Shown piece by piece: positions 47,914-63,222 of a stretch of 64,000 nt of DNA (positions are counted from its first letter, which is position 1; the number at the start of each line of letters is the position of its first letter). Under the pieces are notes generated by a model. It saw only the letters and a program-made list of their open reading frames with translations. It was not told the origin of the DNA and ran no database searches. This stretch comes from Eledone cirrhosa (Eukaryota): assembly GCA_964016885.1 (NCBI GenBank), contig OZ024756.1, positions 2,976,001-3,040,000 of the forward strand, in the 5' to 3' direction. A program made the position numbers and the translations under genes.

Positions 47914-48091
47914 ATACAATATCAGAGAAAACTTTTTAGCGATACTCCGGCCAAATTCCAACTCACTCAACAAACATTAGGAAATAAGTGATTATATTCC
48001 CAATTATGTGTTCGGGGTGCTAACTAAAAGTATTGCGTGGAAAATTGGCTGTATTATTTCATATGAGACATATCTAATATATCTCTTCCCA
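47913..48091 (-). mobile_element. Diverged copy of the 3' part (22265-22447) of the 22-kb HHR element
   Basis: Shared TATGTCTCATAT.AAATAATACA, TAGTTAGCACCCC.AACAC, CCTAATGTTTGTTGAGTGAG and GG.CGGAGTAT.GCT. Confidence 0.75.
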
Positions 48092-48419
48092 TATATATAT
48101 AAGTATGTATACGTACATACATACATGTATACAGACGTACAGTAGTATGTATATATATATACATACGTTCCTTTGTCAGTGTTGAACAAATGAGCAACGA
48201 TGGTTGCTAGACACTACGGGATGTTTGTTTACAAACACACCGAGCATTATAATAAATGTTCGGTGAATCCATACGTACATATATATGTGTGTGCATGTAT
48301 CTATATATATATACATACTACTGTACGTCTGTATACATGTATGTATGTACGTATACATACTTATTTTAAGTAACAGCCGTACTAAGAGTGGGAAATGAAA
48401 TTTAGTTTCATTTTTTCCG

Positions 48420-48461
<42 letters not shown>

Positions 48462-48813
48462 ATGTGTATATATATGTATATATATATATGGTGGGTTGGC
48501 AGTATCGGTAGAAGGTCGGACACCATGCTTTGACGCATAGAGTTACGGCCCTTGCCAGTCTGAGTTCAAATCCCGCCGAGGTTAACTTTGCCTTTCATCC
48601 TTACGGGATCGATAAAATAAAGTACCAGTAATGCACTGGGTATCGCTGGCCTTGTGCCAAAAGTAGAAACAATTATATATATAATCATAGTGCAAATTAT
48701 TTGCGTCCATAGGCGGTATGCTGAATAAGCCCTCGATGATCTTGGGGAGCACAATATCAATAGTAATAATATATAAGGGAACAAAGAATCAGTGTTACAT
48801 CATATACATATCT

Positions 48814-48913
48814 AATTACATATTACATATGTTTCACTGTCGATCAGCTCGAGGAACGATCTATTAATGATCGAACCTGACTCTGGAATAGGAAGCTCGT
48901 CAGTTATGTAATT
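48814..48913 (-). ncRNA. Hammerhead-like motif with expanded stem II inside an inverted element (~48765-48960)
   Basis: Minus strand: AATTACATAA CTGACGA GCT [~55 nt] AGT GAAA CATATG TA ATATGTAATT. Confidence 0.6.
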
Positions 48914-49467
48914 AAATATGAATATGCTGCAACACTGATTCTTTGTTCCCTTATATAATATATATACATATATTATATATAATTATATACATATAATTGT
49001 TTCTACTATTGGCACAAGGCCAGCAATTATCACAGTGTATTATTGGTACTTTATTTTATCGACCCCGTAAAGATAAAAGGCAAAGTTAACCTCGGCGGGA
49101 TTCGAATTCAGTATGGAAAGGGCTCTAAGGGTCAAAGCCTGGCGTCCGACCCTCTACCGATGTGTGTATATATATATATATACATATATATATAAGCATA
49201 TACATATATTTATAATTATACACACACACACACACACACACACAGACACACACACACACACACGCATATATATACAAGTTAATATAAGTTAATATATTTG
49301 AAAAACACAAATACATATCTGTGTTTATACAAACACAGATATGTTGGTATTTGTGTTTATCAAATATATTAATTTATATTAACTTGTATTACACGGCTCA
49401 GAAATACTTCTTTCTTTGAGCTATTTCATTGTAAGGGACTGCCTGAGTTTTGAACTCATTATTAATA

Positions 49468-49547
<80 letters not shown>

Positions 49548-49550
<3 letters not shown>

Positions 49551-50312
49551 TGGCTCAGAGCAGGAGAGTTAAGGCTAAAAAGATATCAGATGCTGAATTT
49601 GCTGACGACATAGTTTTGGTGACAAACACAGTGAAGGAAGCAGAGGAGTTGATGCAGGAGGTGGGGACTGTGTCGTGAGTGTGGGGCTGAGATGAATGAG
49701 ATTAAGACGAAGTATCTGGTAGAGAATATTAAGAAGCCAGAGAAGATTATGAATGTAGGCGGAAAGCCGCTAGAATTGGTTGAGGACTTCCTGTATTTGG
49801 GAGCACACAGGATGATGTGGTTGAGAGGAAGAGCAAAGCCTGGGCGGCGTGCCACAGTTTAAGATCGGTATGGAAGTCGAACTTTCGTAAAGTCCCGAAG
49901 ATCTGTTTCGTCATTGCTTCAGAGGAATCTTGGACACTGACCAAGAAACTCACTGAGATGGTGGATGGGTGCTACACGAGAATGCTGAAGATGGCTCTGT
50001 GCATTAATCAGTATACACTGAGGATGAAAAACTCAGAGCTGTATGGGAGCATCCCAAAAGTCAGCTCAATAGTTACATAGAGGTTAACTGGACATGCTCA
50101 CCGACATTCAGAGTTGACACTGCACTCAGTGCTCCTGGGAGAGCCCCCATATAGACACACTGGAAGAGGAAGACTGAGGTTGACATATATTGAAGCCTTA
50201 TGGAGAGACACTGATCTCTGGGAAACGCAGGGCATGGCAGCGATAATGAGGGACAGAGACCGCTGGAGAGAACTCGTCCATGGATCCCGGGAATTTTACC
50301 CGCCCTAGATAA
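49548..50312 (+). mobile_element. RTE family A fragment (RT motif C to 3' end)
   Basis: ISDAEFADDIVL..GAEMNEIKTKY..VEDFLYLG..KAWAACHSLRSVWKS..ESWTLTKKL..DGCYTRML; ends CTAGATAAATAG. Confidence 0.88.
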
Positions 50313-50725
50313 ATAGCGATAGGCACACACACACACATATATATATATGTGTGTGTGTGTGGGTGTGTATGATTAATTATTTTCTGTAATTAAAAAATAA
50401 TTAATACGCCGTAGAATATAGTAAAATGTATTTTCCTTCTCATTTCTACAAAAGTTTATAAAGCCACATGTTTTTCTAACACCTTTAATACATGTACGTT
50501 GTATGCATGAATGGGCCCCGGTGGCAATAGAAGAAATAACTATTATTGTTGTTAGTGTTGATGTTGTTGTCAGTGTGTTGTTGTTGCTGTTGTTGTTAAA
50601 CAGCATGTTTGTTAAGAACTGTGAATGGTGAGTCAATCATCTTCATTTGCGGTTAAACAGCACAATAAACATAAACACACAAATATGCGCATACACACAC
50701 ACACACACACACACATACACCTCTT

Positions 50726-50761
<36 letters not shown>

Positions 50762-51018
50762 GCGGTGTATGTGTGTGTGTGTATATATATACACATATAT
50801 ATATATATACAAATTATCAAATCTTACACGAGTACGCTCGTTTCACCGAGTGTAATTTCACGTGACAATATGAAAATAAAAACGATGAAGTCTCGTTTAC
50901 ATGCATTTAGTTTAAGTTTGTGAGTATCGACTTGCTACGCGCGTTTCGCAGTTGTTTTGCTCAGGATCAACCATAGAAGTTTAGGACGCGACTCCATTAT
51001 CACCGAACCTTATATCAT

Positions 51019-51063
<45 letters not shown>

Positions 51064-51175
51064 GCATATATATACACTGTTTCATTCAAATGAAATCATG
51101 AGGTGATTTCGTTTGAATGAAACAGTTCTATCCCTGTAGAAGCCATTTCTATATAAAACTTTATATATATGTATG

Positions 51176-51220
<45 letters not shown>

Positions 51221-51222
<2 letters not shown>

Positions 51223-51378
51223 AGGGCGGGTAAAATTCCAGAGATCCATGGACGAGTTCTCTCCAGCGGTCTCTGTCCCTCATTATCGCTGCCATGGCCT
51301 GCGTCTCCAACAGACCAGTGACTGTCCTTAGGGCATCAACATATGTTAACCCTGGTCTTCCACTTCCAGTGTGTCTTT
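51221..51378 (-). mobile_element. RTE family A 3' end
   Basis: Reverse complement of 50155-50310; abuts (TA)n. Confidence 0.85.
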
Positions 51379-51383
51379 GCACT

Positions 51384-51425
<42 letters not shown>

Positions 51426-51647
51426 TAAGAGAACAAGGCCTTTGATCATAGTTTTGCTTCATCGGGGCTGACATGGGGCTAAACAGCGTCAACAACAAAT
51501 CACAGTTATATTTAGCATTTCCTATATTACACCGAATGACACATATAGAGCTAAGTAGACACACACACTCTCTCTCTCACACACATGCACACTTTTCTAT
51601 GCCACGCTCGCACACACACACACACAGACATATATATATTGTGTATA

Positions 51648-51689
<42 letters not shown>

Positions 51690-51779
51690 GACATGCTTGA
51701 CACAGAGCGCGCGAATTTACACGAAGCTAAGTAGAAAAACACTTGCACGTTAACAAACTGGCAACAAAAGAAGCTGCAT

Positions 51780-51898
51780 TGATGGTGGTAGTAGTAGTAG
51801 TAGTGGTAGTGGTGGTAGTGGTAGTAGTGGTAGTAGTAGTAGTGGTAGTGGTGGTAGTGGTGGTGGTAGTAGTAGTGGTAGTAGTGGTAGTGGTGGTA

Positions 51899-51944
<46 letters not shown>

Positions 51945-51967
51945 AAGTAGTAGTAGTAGTAGTAGTG

Positions 51968-52022
<55 letters not shown>

Positions 52023-52088
52023 AAGTAGTAGTAGTAGTAGTGGAAGTAGTAGTAGTAGTAGTGGAAGTAGTAGTAGTAGTAGTAGTAG
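51780..52088 (+). repeat. (GTA/GTG)n tract
   Basis: Direct reading. Confidence 0.97.
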
Positions 52089-52202
52089 GAAGAGGAGAGG
52101 TATTGTTACGTGAAAAAAAGCCAGTAATGGACTGAGGCGATTAACACAGACGACAGTTGTATGGTATATATGTGTGTGTGTACACGTGTGTATGACTATA
52201 TG

Positions 52203-52236
<34 letters not shown>

Positions 52237-52257
52237 AACACGTGTGTATGACTATAT

Positions 52258-52308
<51 letters not shown>

Positions 52309-52321
52309 AACACGTGTGTAT

Positions 52322-52339
<18 letters not shown>

Positions 52340-52388
<49 letters not shown>

Positions 52389-52557
52389 TGTGTGTATTTG
52401 TATATATCTGTGTAAGTGTATATATATATTTATGTATATGTATGTATACACACACACACATATACATATATATATATGTATATATATAGGTATATCCATA
52501 TATATTATACAACTGCCTTACAACAGTCTCTCTCTCTCTCTCTCCATATGTATATAT

Positions 52558-52629
<72 letters not shown>

Positions 52630-52830
52630 GTGTGTCTGTGTGTATTTGTATATATCTGTGTAAGTGTATATATATATTTATGTATATGTATGTATACACA
52701 CACACACATATACATATATATATATGTATATATATAGGTATATCCATATATATTATACAACTGCCTTACAACAGTCTCTCTCTCTCTCTCTCCATATGTA
52801 TATACACACACACACACACAATATATATTA
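52340..52830 (+). repeat. 248-bp tandem duplication of compound microsatellite sequence
   Basis: TCTGTGTGTATTTG...CAACTGCCTTACAACAGTCTC begins at 52387 and again at 52635. Confidence 0.85.
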
Positions 52831-53554
52831 TTTATACATGTGTGTGTACATGTTTTACAATGCACGTGTGTACTTGAATGTGAGTGTGTATGTATGTGTA
52901 TGTGTGTATGTATGTGTATGTATGTGTGTGAACGCACACGTGTGTATATGTGTGTGTGTATGTATGTGTATGTATGTGTGTATGTATGTGTATGTACGTG
53001 TGTGAACGCACACGTGTGTATATGTGTGTGTGTATGTATGTGTATGTATGTGTGTATGTATGTGTATGTATGTGTGTGAACGCACACGTGTGTTTATGTG
53101 TGTATGTATGTGTATGTATGTGTGTATGTATGTGTATGTATGTGTGTGAACGCACACGTGTGTATATGTGTTTGTGTATGTATGTGTATGTATGTGTGTA
53201 TGTATGTGTATGTATGTGTGTGAACGCACACGTGTGTATATGTATCTGTATATGTGTATGTATGTATGCATATGTGTGTAAAAGAAGAGCAACTATCCTG
53301 GCAGAAGAAAAGACGGGTCTGTTGAATATATTAACATGACTTGGTTGGGTCGATGCGGCGCGATGCGGCTTTGATCTTGCTGCCATCTGGAGGGCGTTCT
53401 TCTACAAAAGATACATTCCCATCGGGGGGTCGTGAATAATTAGAACCCTGTTGCTTTATACTTATCTCGCTCACATCAACCTTCTATGTGGAAAACCCTT
53501 CTATGAGATTTTAACCCTCTGCCATTTAGTAGGCAATCTCACAATCTGGTGATC

Positions 53555-53601
53555 CTCTGTGTCACTCTGTCTCTCTGTGTGGATATATGTGTGTCTGTGT
53601 G

Positions 53602-53651
<50 letters not shown>

Positions 53652-53775
53652 GGTATGTATATGTGCATATATGTGTACATGGGTGTGCATGCGTGTATGT
53701 GTCTGTGTGTGACTGTGTATCTGTCACTGTGTCTCTCTGTGTGGATGTATGTGTGTCTGTATGTGTCTCTGTGTG

Positions 53776-53813
<38 letters not shown>

Positions 53814-53937
53814 GGTATGTATATGTGCATATATGTGTACATGGGTGTGCATGCGTGTATGTGTCTGTGTGTGACGGTGTATCTGTCACTGTGTCTCTCT
53901 GTGTGGATGTATGTGTGTATGTATGTGTCTCTGTGTG

Positions 53938-53975
<38 letters not shown>

Positions 53976-54085
53976 GGTATGTATATGTGCATATATGTGT
54001 ACATGGGTGTGCATGCGTGTATGTGTCTTTGTGTGACTGTGTATCTGTCACTGTGTCTTTCTGTGTGGATGTATGTGTGTGTGAG
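53555..54085 (+). repeat. 162-bp higher-order repeat (x3) of TG-rich sequence
   Basis: GGGTATGTATATGTGCATAT at 53651, 53813 and 53975. Confidence 0.88.
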
Positions 54086-54167
54086 TGTGTATGTATTGTA
54101 ATACAACTATTTGAATATATATGTGTGCATACATACATAAATATATACACACTCCAACAGACCACCC

Positions 54168-54214
<47 letters not shown>

Positions 54215-54300
54215 CTTATGATGTTACACCTATTATGTGCACATATGTACAACAGATCCCAAAAGTACAGGGCTATGCATATATATAGTGTATGTGTGTT

Positions 54301-54366
<66 letters not shown>

Positions 54367-54514
54367 TAGGCAAAAAAAAATACTCAAAATTTATCCACAT
54401 CATAATACAACAACAAACTCAAAATCACTGTTTCCTTCTCTGGTTCTCCTTTATCATTACTACAATGGTAGCTGTTCGTAGGAACTACTTGAACAGATCC
54501 CCCACCACTACTAT

Positions 54515-54572
<58 letters not shown>

Positions 54573-55202
54573 GCTCTTTCTCTGCTGTCTAACACATCAT
54601 TGCCGATAGTATTTTGCTCAAAGCTTCGTACTCCATAACTACATCCATTTAGAATTCATATCCATAAAAAGCCTGGTCCTATAATATTCCTTTCAGCCTT
54701 GGCACAAGGATTTGGTACAAATTTCGGAAGGGCGAAGTTAATTAAATCAAACCAGCATATGACTGGTATTTTATTGTATCGACCCCGGAAGGATGAATGT
54801 AAAGGTGAACTTATCAGGATTTGAAATGTAAAGAAAAAAAAAATGCAATGACATTTTATCTGCTATTCCAAGAATTCTGCCAATCCAGCACTGAAAATAA
54901 TTCTTCCTAACATTGGCATAAAACCAGCAATTGGGGGATGACAAAAGTCGGTTAAATCGACTTAGATCTCACAAAGATGAACAGCAAAGTGGTCCTTGGT
55001 GGGATTTGAACTCAGAACGTAATGAATCACCCCTAAATATTATATGGCAATTATTTTCGATAGCAGAGAAAATGTGTTATATTTTGTTATAATATTTTAT
55101 GTTCCGAGTTCAAATCCCACTGAAGTTGACTTGACAATAAATATATCTACTATCCTTAGACTATTCTCAGCAGCAAATACTTGTTGCATTTTAAATCACC
55201 AC

Positions 55203-56338
55203 CATAACCCTATATTATAGTATACCTTAAGTATAAGAGACGATCCTATAACCCTATATTATAGTATACCTTAAGTATAAGAGACGATCCTATAACCCAG
55301 ATATTATAGTATACCTTAAGTATAAGAGATGATCCTATAACCCAGATATTATAGTATACCTTGAGTATAAGAGACGATCCTATAACCCAGATATTATAGT
55401 ATACCTTAAGTATAAGAGACGATCCTATAACCCAGATATTATAGTATACCTTGAGTATAAGAGACGATCCTATAACCCAGATATTATAGTATATCTTAAG
55501 TATGAGAGATGATCCTATAACCCAGATATTATAGTATACCTTGAGTATAAGAGACGATCCTATAACACAGATATTATAGTATACCTTAAGTATAAGAGAC
55601 GATTCTATAACCCAGATATTATAGTATATCTTAAGTTTGAGAGATGATCCTATAACCCAGATATTATAGTATACCTTGAGTATAAGAGCCGATCCTATAA
55701 CCCAGATATTATAGTATATATTAAGTATGAGAGACGATCCTATAACCCAGATATTATAGTATACCTTGAGTATAAGAGACGATCCTATAACCCAGATATT
55801 ATAGTATACCTTGAGTATAAGAGACGATCCTATAACCCAGATATTATAGTATATCTTAAGTATGAGAGACGATCCTATAACCCAGATATTATAGTATACC
55901 TTAAGTATAAGAGATGATCCTATAACCCAGATATTATAGTGCCTTAAGTGTGAGAGATGATCTTATGACCAGGATATTATAGTGTGTCTTAAGTACGAGA
56001 GATGATCTTATGACCAGCATAGTATAGTGTGTCTTAAGTACGAGAGATGATCTTATGACCAGGATATTATAGTGTGTCTTAAGTACGAGAGATGATCTTA
56101 TGACCAGCATAGTATAGTGTGTCTTAAGTACGAGAGATGATCTTATGACCAGGATATTATAGTGTGTCTTAAGTACGAGAGATGATCTTATGACCAGGCT
56201 ATTATAGTGTGTCTTAAGTATGACAGATGATCTTATGATCAGGCTATTATAGTGTGTCTTAAGTATGAGAGATGATCCTATGACCAGGATATTGTAGTGT
56301 GTCTTAAATATGAAAGATGATACTATGACCAGGATTAT
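55203..56338 (+). repeat. 45-bp minisatellite, ~25 copies, in two variant blocks
   Basis: Block A TATAACCCAGATATTATAGTATACCTTAAGTATAAGAGACGATCC to ~55940; block B TATGACCAGGATATTATAGTGTGTCTTAAGTACGAGAGATGATCT thereafter. Confidence 0.95.
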
Positions 56339-58394
56339 ATTCAATCTATTTCAAGGATGAAACAAACACCTCTGAGAAAAGTACGACCTTAAACAATTAT
56401 TTATACCTTAAAAAATATGAGGAAATCCCTTTATTTGAAAGACCTCAGAAATAATAAATTCTAGAATGTTTTTTTATTCCATTTTTTTTTTCAGCGGTTG
56501 ATTCTTTAAACGAATCCCTAGTTACATCGGTTAGTGGATACGGTGTTCGAGTCACGTTCATAAAGTCGAAAATTATGTCCTTGAACAAGACATTTTATTT
56601 CACGTTGTTCCATTTCATTCAGCTGGCAATACCTGTAATTCAAATGGCCCGTCGTAACAGTACAGTTTTCTGTGGAACAGCCACTAACACGTTAATTTAA
56701 TGAACTTGCTGTTCCAACTCTACACAACCTATCATAAATCCAATGAAATGGTACTCCTATCTCTCTCAACTGAAACTCTACTGCCCTGAAACGAGATGGA
56801 CATATTTACAATTGTTTCTACTTTTTGGCACAAGGCCAGCAATTATATCAGTGTATTACTGGTACTTTATTTTATCGACCCCGTAAGGATGAAAGGCAAG
56901 CAATGGTTGTGAAACGGGTGGGTAGTAATGGCTTGAACGCATTCATGGCAGCTCTACTTAGCCAGGGATGCCATCCTTTTGCTAATGAAGCCAGCCACCG
57001 CTATATTCCTTCGCCATAACTGTATACAGTATATTTAAAATATAGCTGTAATAATTTAATATCCTACGGAAATGATGACGTCAGAGCAATTTACAAAAGT
57101 AGTTTTTTTTATAAAGATATTTATATTTTATATTTTATATTTAAGATCACCACTGAGATTCAAAATCATATCTCTAAATTATTTCAGTTTTTCTCTGCAT
57201 CGTTGCATCTACATTTATTTTTTCTATTTAGTTTTTCTTTTAATAAAATACAGTTGCTAAGAATTTGCTGATAAATACAGCTGCAACACAATAACATATT
57301 TGTCTGTAAAATAACAGAACTATGACTTACCAATGCTAGTAATTGACTTACCAATGCTAGTAATTGCACAATAAACACCAACAACTCCTCTTTCTATCGT
57401 AAACTGAAATATTTTCTTAAATGTCAAAAGCCTTCTCTTTAAAATTAAAATGTTTTCACTGTTCCAAATGCCGCACGATTGAGACCGTAACAAAACCAAC
57501 GAGAATAGAAACGAGAATAGAACTGGCTGATTGTTCTGATCGGAGCAAGAAAACTAATTTTCTATTGATGATATCTGTCGGTTAGAATACCTGGCATGCT
57601 ATTAAATTTCCCAGTATTGATTATTTTTTCTACTTTTGACACAAGGCCAGAAATGCACCAGTACATTACTGGTACTTTATTTTATCGACCCCGTACGGAT
57701 GAAAGGCAAAGTTAACCTCGGCGGGATATGAACTCAGATCGTAAAGGGATGTAACTATGCTGGAAAGCATGTCCGACCCTCTGCTGATACCGCCAATTCA
57801 CCACCGCAGTACTCCTGGCAGAACTCCTGGCAGAAATGTAACCGTAACCGTTTTCCCAGCAAAACGAGGCAGGAATTCACACCACAATTAAACAAAACAG
57901 AAGTGACAAAATGGTCGGCTTAAGGTTGTGCCCCAGCATAGCCGCAGTCAAATGATGGAAACACGTTAAAAACAATCACAATAAAGGAGCACACACACTC
58001 ACACACACACACACAAGCACACATACAAAAACAGTTGCGCAAACTAGGCATACTTATGTACAATAACGCCTGTATAATATATTACAGACATCTATACATA
58101 GTAACATATTGGTATGTATTGCTTTAGTTATAATTGCATAGAAACACACACACACATATATACATATGCATAAATACACACACACATACACACACACATA
58201 TATATATATACATATTTATATATATATTTATTAAAGTTTCAGAAGATCCCGTTAAGGGTGAAAGCAGCGATTCTTTGCTTAAACTTTAGTCTGTTATTTT
58301 AATAAATATTTGCTCTACGGTTTTTATATATTTAATATATATTGACTCTTATCGAGCTCTCTTTGGATTTTAGTACTCACATTTATTATTATTA

Positions 58395-58425
<31 letters not shown>

Positions 58426-58556
58426 GTATGAATTATATATATAATTTATAGCAAAAGGTTTGTGGTAAGATACCATGTGGACCAAAACACACCAGAGTAC
58501 TCAACACTTAGGGTAGTAGAGTGGGTAATAGGACTATTTTCCTATATAATTTTTAT

Positions 58557-58600
<44 letters not shown>

Positions 58601-58644
58601 CATAATTTATATATATATATATAATATATATATACATACTACAT

Positions 58645-59075
58645 TGCTGTAGTGGAGTCTGTGCTGCTGTATGGGTCTGAGACTTGGACACTGACCAAGA
58701 AACTCACTCAGATGGTGGATGGGTGCTACACGAGAATGCTGAGGATGGCTCTGAACATTAATCAGTATACACTGAGGATGAAAAACTCAGAGCTGTATGG
58801 GAGCATCCCAAAAGTCACCTCAAAAGTGACACAGAGGATACTGAGTTTGGCTGAACATGCTCACCGACATCCAGAGTTGACATTGCACTGAGTGCTCCTT
58901 TGGGAGCCCCTACATGGACGCACTAGAAGAGGAAGACCAAGGTTAACGTATGTTGATGCCCTAAGGAGAGACACTGGTCTGTTGGAGACGCAGGACATGG
59001 CAGCGATAATGAGGGACTGAGACCGCTGGAGAGAACTCGTCCATGGATCTCTGGAATTTTACCCGCCTTAGATAG
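58645..59075 (+). mobile_element. RTE family A 3' fragment
   Basis: VESVLLYGSETWTLTKKLTQMVDGCYTRMLRMALNI..; ends TAGATAGA(TA)n. Confidence 0.9.
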
Positions 59076-59128
<53 letters not shown>

Positions 59129-59369
59129 ATATATGCATAAATACAAACGTGCATGTACACATACTCATATTTACATATACAGAAATAAATGTGTGCTTTG
59201 ACAGTTCCTGTGTACAATGTAGCTTGTGTTATACAAGTATCTAATATAGAAGGAAAAAGACACGTACTTACTCTTGCACACACATATGCGCGCATACACG
59301 CACACTCACACACACAGAAGTTATATCATCACAATCTTATGCGGTTTTCTCAAGGCTACATGGTATGAA

Positions 59370-59379
<10 letters not shown>

Positions 59380-59402
<23 letters not shown>

Positions 59403-59407
59403 AAGAG

Positions 59408-59438
<31 letters not shown>

Positions 59439-59481
59439 AGTATATATATATATATAAAGAGTATATATATATATATAAAGA

Positions 59482-59529
<48 letters not shown>

Positions 59530-59817
59530 AGAGTATATATATATATATAAAAAAAAAGAGTATATATATATTTATATATATATATATATATATAAAGTAT
59601 ATATATATATATAAAGTATATATATATATAAAGTATATATATATAAAGTATATATATATATATATAAAGTATAAATATATATATAAAGTATATATATATA
59701 AATAAAGTATATATATATATATATATAAAGAGTATATATATAAATATATATATATATATACATATACTTTATATATATATATATATATATACTTTATATA
59801 TATATATATATATATAT

Positions 59818-59904
<87 letters not shown>

Positions 59905-59980
59905 ATATATATATATCTATATGTATATATATATATAAAGTATACATATATATCTATATATATATATATATATATATAAA

Positions 59981-60063
<83 letters not shown>

Positions 60064-60586
60064 GCATATATATATATAAAGTATATATATATATAAAGTA
60101 TATATATATATATATATAAAGTATATATATATCTATATATATATATATAAAATATCTATATATATATATATAAAATATATATATATATATATATAAAGTA
60201 TATATATATATATATATAAAGTATATATATATATAAAGTATATATATATATATATATAAAGTATATATATATATAAAGTATATATATATATATAAAGTAT
60301 ATATATAAAGTATATACATATATATATATATATATAAAGTATATATATATATATATAAAGTATATACATATATATATATATAAAGTATATACATATATAT
60401 ATATATGTATATAATGTATATATATATATATATATTATATATATATATAAAGTATATATATATATATAAATCATATATATATATTATATATATATATAAA
60501 GTATATATATATATATAAATCATATATATATAATATATATATATATAAAGTATATATATATATATATTATATATATATATATAAAC

Positions 60587-60618
<32 letters not shown>

Positions 60619-61798
60619 ATAAAGTATATATATATATTATATATATATATATATAAAGTATATATATATATTATATATATATATATATATATAAAGTATA
60701 TATATATATTATATATATATATATATATATAAAGTATATATATATATATTATATATATATATAAAGTATATATATATATATTATATATATATATAAAGTA
60801 TATATATATTATATATATATATATATAAAGTATATATATATATATTATATATATATATATAAATTATATATATATATTATATATATATATAAAGTATATA
60901 TATATATATAAATCATATATATATAATATATATATATATAAAGTATATATATATATATATTATATATATATATATAAACTATATATATATATATATATTA
61001 TATATATATATAAAGTATATATATATATTATATATATATATATATATAAAGTATATATATATATTATATATATATATATATATAAAGTATATATATATAT
61101 TATATATATATATATATATAAAGTATATATATATATATATATTATATATATATATAAAGTATATATATATATATTATATATATATATAAAGTATATATAT
61201 ATATTATATATATATATATATAAAGTATATATATATTATATATATATATATATAAAGTATATATATATATATTATATATATATATATAAATTATATATAT
61301 ATATATTATATATATATATAAACTATATATATATTATATATATATATATATAAAGTATATATATATTATATATATATATATAAAGTATATATATATTATA
61401 TATATATAAAGTATATATATTATATATATATATAAAGTATATATATATATATTATATATATATATAAAGTATATATATATATATTATATATATATATAAA
61501 GTATATATATATATATTATATATATATAAAGTATATATATATATTATATATATATATATAAAGTATATATATACATATTATATATATATATAAAGTATAT
61601 ATATATATATTATATATATATAAATTCTATATATACATATTATACATATATATATAAAGAATATATATATATATTATACATATATATATAAAGTATATAT
61701 ATTATACATATATATATAAAGTATATATATATATATTTAAAGTATATATATATATTATATATATAAATATAAAGAGTATATATATATATAAATTATAT

Positions 61799-61842
<44 letters not shown>
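59380..61842 (+). repeat. ~2.5-kb (TA)n-derived satellite punctuated by AAAG and TT
   Basis: Recurring (TA)n-AAG-(TA)m-T units. Confidence 0.95.
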
Positions 61843-61847
<5 letters not shown>

Positions 61848-61917
61848 AAAAGGGTAATAGTTTCTTCTCCATCCATCATATTTATATAAAAGAATGGGAC
61901 ATTTTTTCTCCACCCAT

Positions 61918-62024
<107 letters not shown>

Positions 62025-62407
62025 CTATTGAAGGTTATTGCAACAATGCATGTTAATTCCAAAAAGCTGTTTACAAGAAAAACTCTTCTCGCCAATTTCA
62101 CCGTCTTTGATATATGATGCTGGATGCTGATATCACATTATAATTGTCTTTTTACTACTTTAATTTAAACTAAGGAACATTTACGCGTGCGTACACACCC
62201 ACACATACATATATACCAACACGCACAAGGAAGCATTTATATACATATACATACATTTGTATAAAAACGGAGAAAGAGAGATAGTTGTAAAATTGAAATG
62301 GACGGGCGTGCTCTTGGTTTTGTATATTTAATTATTATTACGTATGATATGTAGGGCAGTGGTTTGACAATGATCGTTAGAGCGTCGGGCAACATACTAC
62401 TTTGACG

Positions 62408-63215
62408 CTAAACTCCGCCAGTTGCAGACTGCGCATCAATATGAAATATTTTTCTCCGCAAAGTTCGATCACCAACAGCAGAGTTTAAAGAGCGAAGATC
62501 GAGTCCAGTCCATAAATTATCATTGACAAGCCATCGTTTTGGCTGCTGGCCTCTGCTTCTCCTACCAGCCAACCTTCCTTCCAGACATATATAATACCTT
62601 TCGATCACTACATCAGAGTTTAAAGCGCAAAGATCAAGTCCAATTCCATAGGTTGACATTATCAAGCCATCATTTTGGCTGCCAGCCTCTGCTTCGCTTA
62701 CCAGCCAACCTTCCTTCCAGGCATAACCTACTCACACCACGAATTGATTTTTTTATATTTTTATATGGCCGTATAGTTTAAGTACTCTTGACTTGACAAT
62801 TGTTGTAATTGGTCTAAGTCTGGTAATGTTGAACAGCTCACTGATACAGATATGGTCGCTGAGCCGCTTGTCAGTCATAAGGCTCATGATGTGGTTCTGG
62901 AATGTAGAGAACTTCTGAAGTGACATTGTCTTCCAATTAACACAGTTAAGACCATATAACACAACTGGTACGATGTAAGTATCAAATATCTTAGCCTTCA
63001 AATGATAGGAAACTCGTTTTGATGCTAATACTTCCTTGTTCTTGTTGAACGCTGCCCAACCTAGAGTGATGCAATACTGTACAGCAACCATTCCATTGTT
63101 GTTTGATGATAGTTTGTGACCGAGATATACAAACTCCGTAACTTGAGCAATTTGCTGGTTGTAGATTGTGTCTTGGAGATTGGCATTGCTTTTATCAGTT
63201 GTCATATACTTTGCT
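62408..63215 (-). mobile_element. RTE LINE 3' fragment (distinct family) with an internal ~120-bp duplication
   Basis: QVTEFVYLGHKL..GWAAFNK..KAKIFDTYIVPVVLYG..KSRVLKLYGHI; LEGRLAGRRSRGQQPKRW segment present twice (~62480-62585 and ~62595-62720). Confidence 0.85.
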
Positions 63216-63222
63216 GCATATA

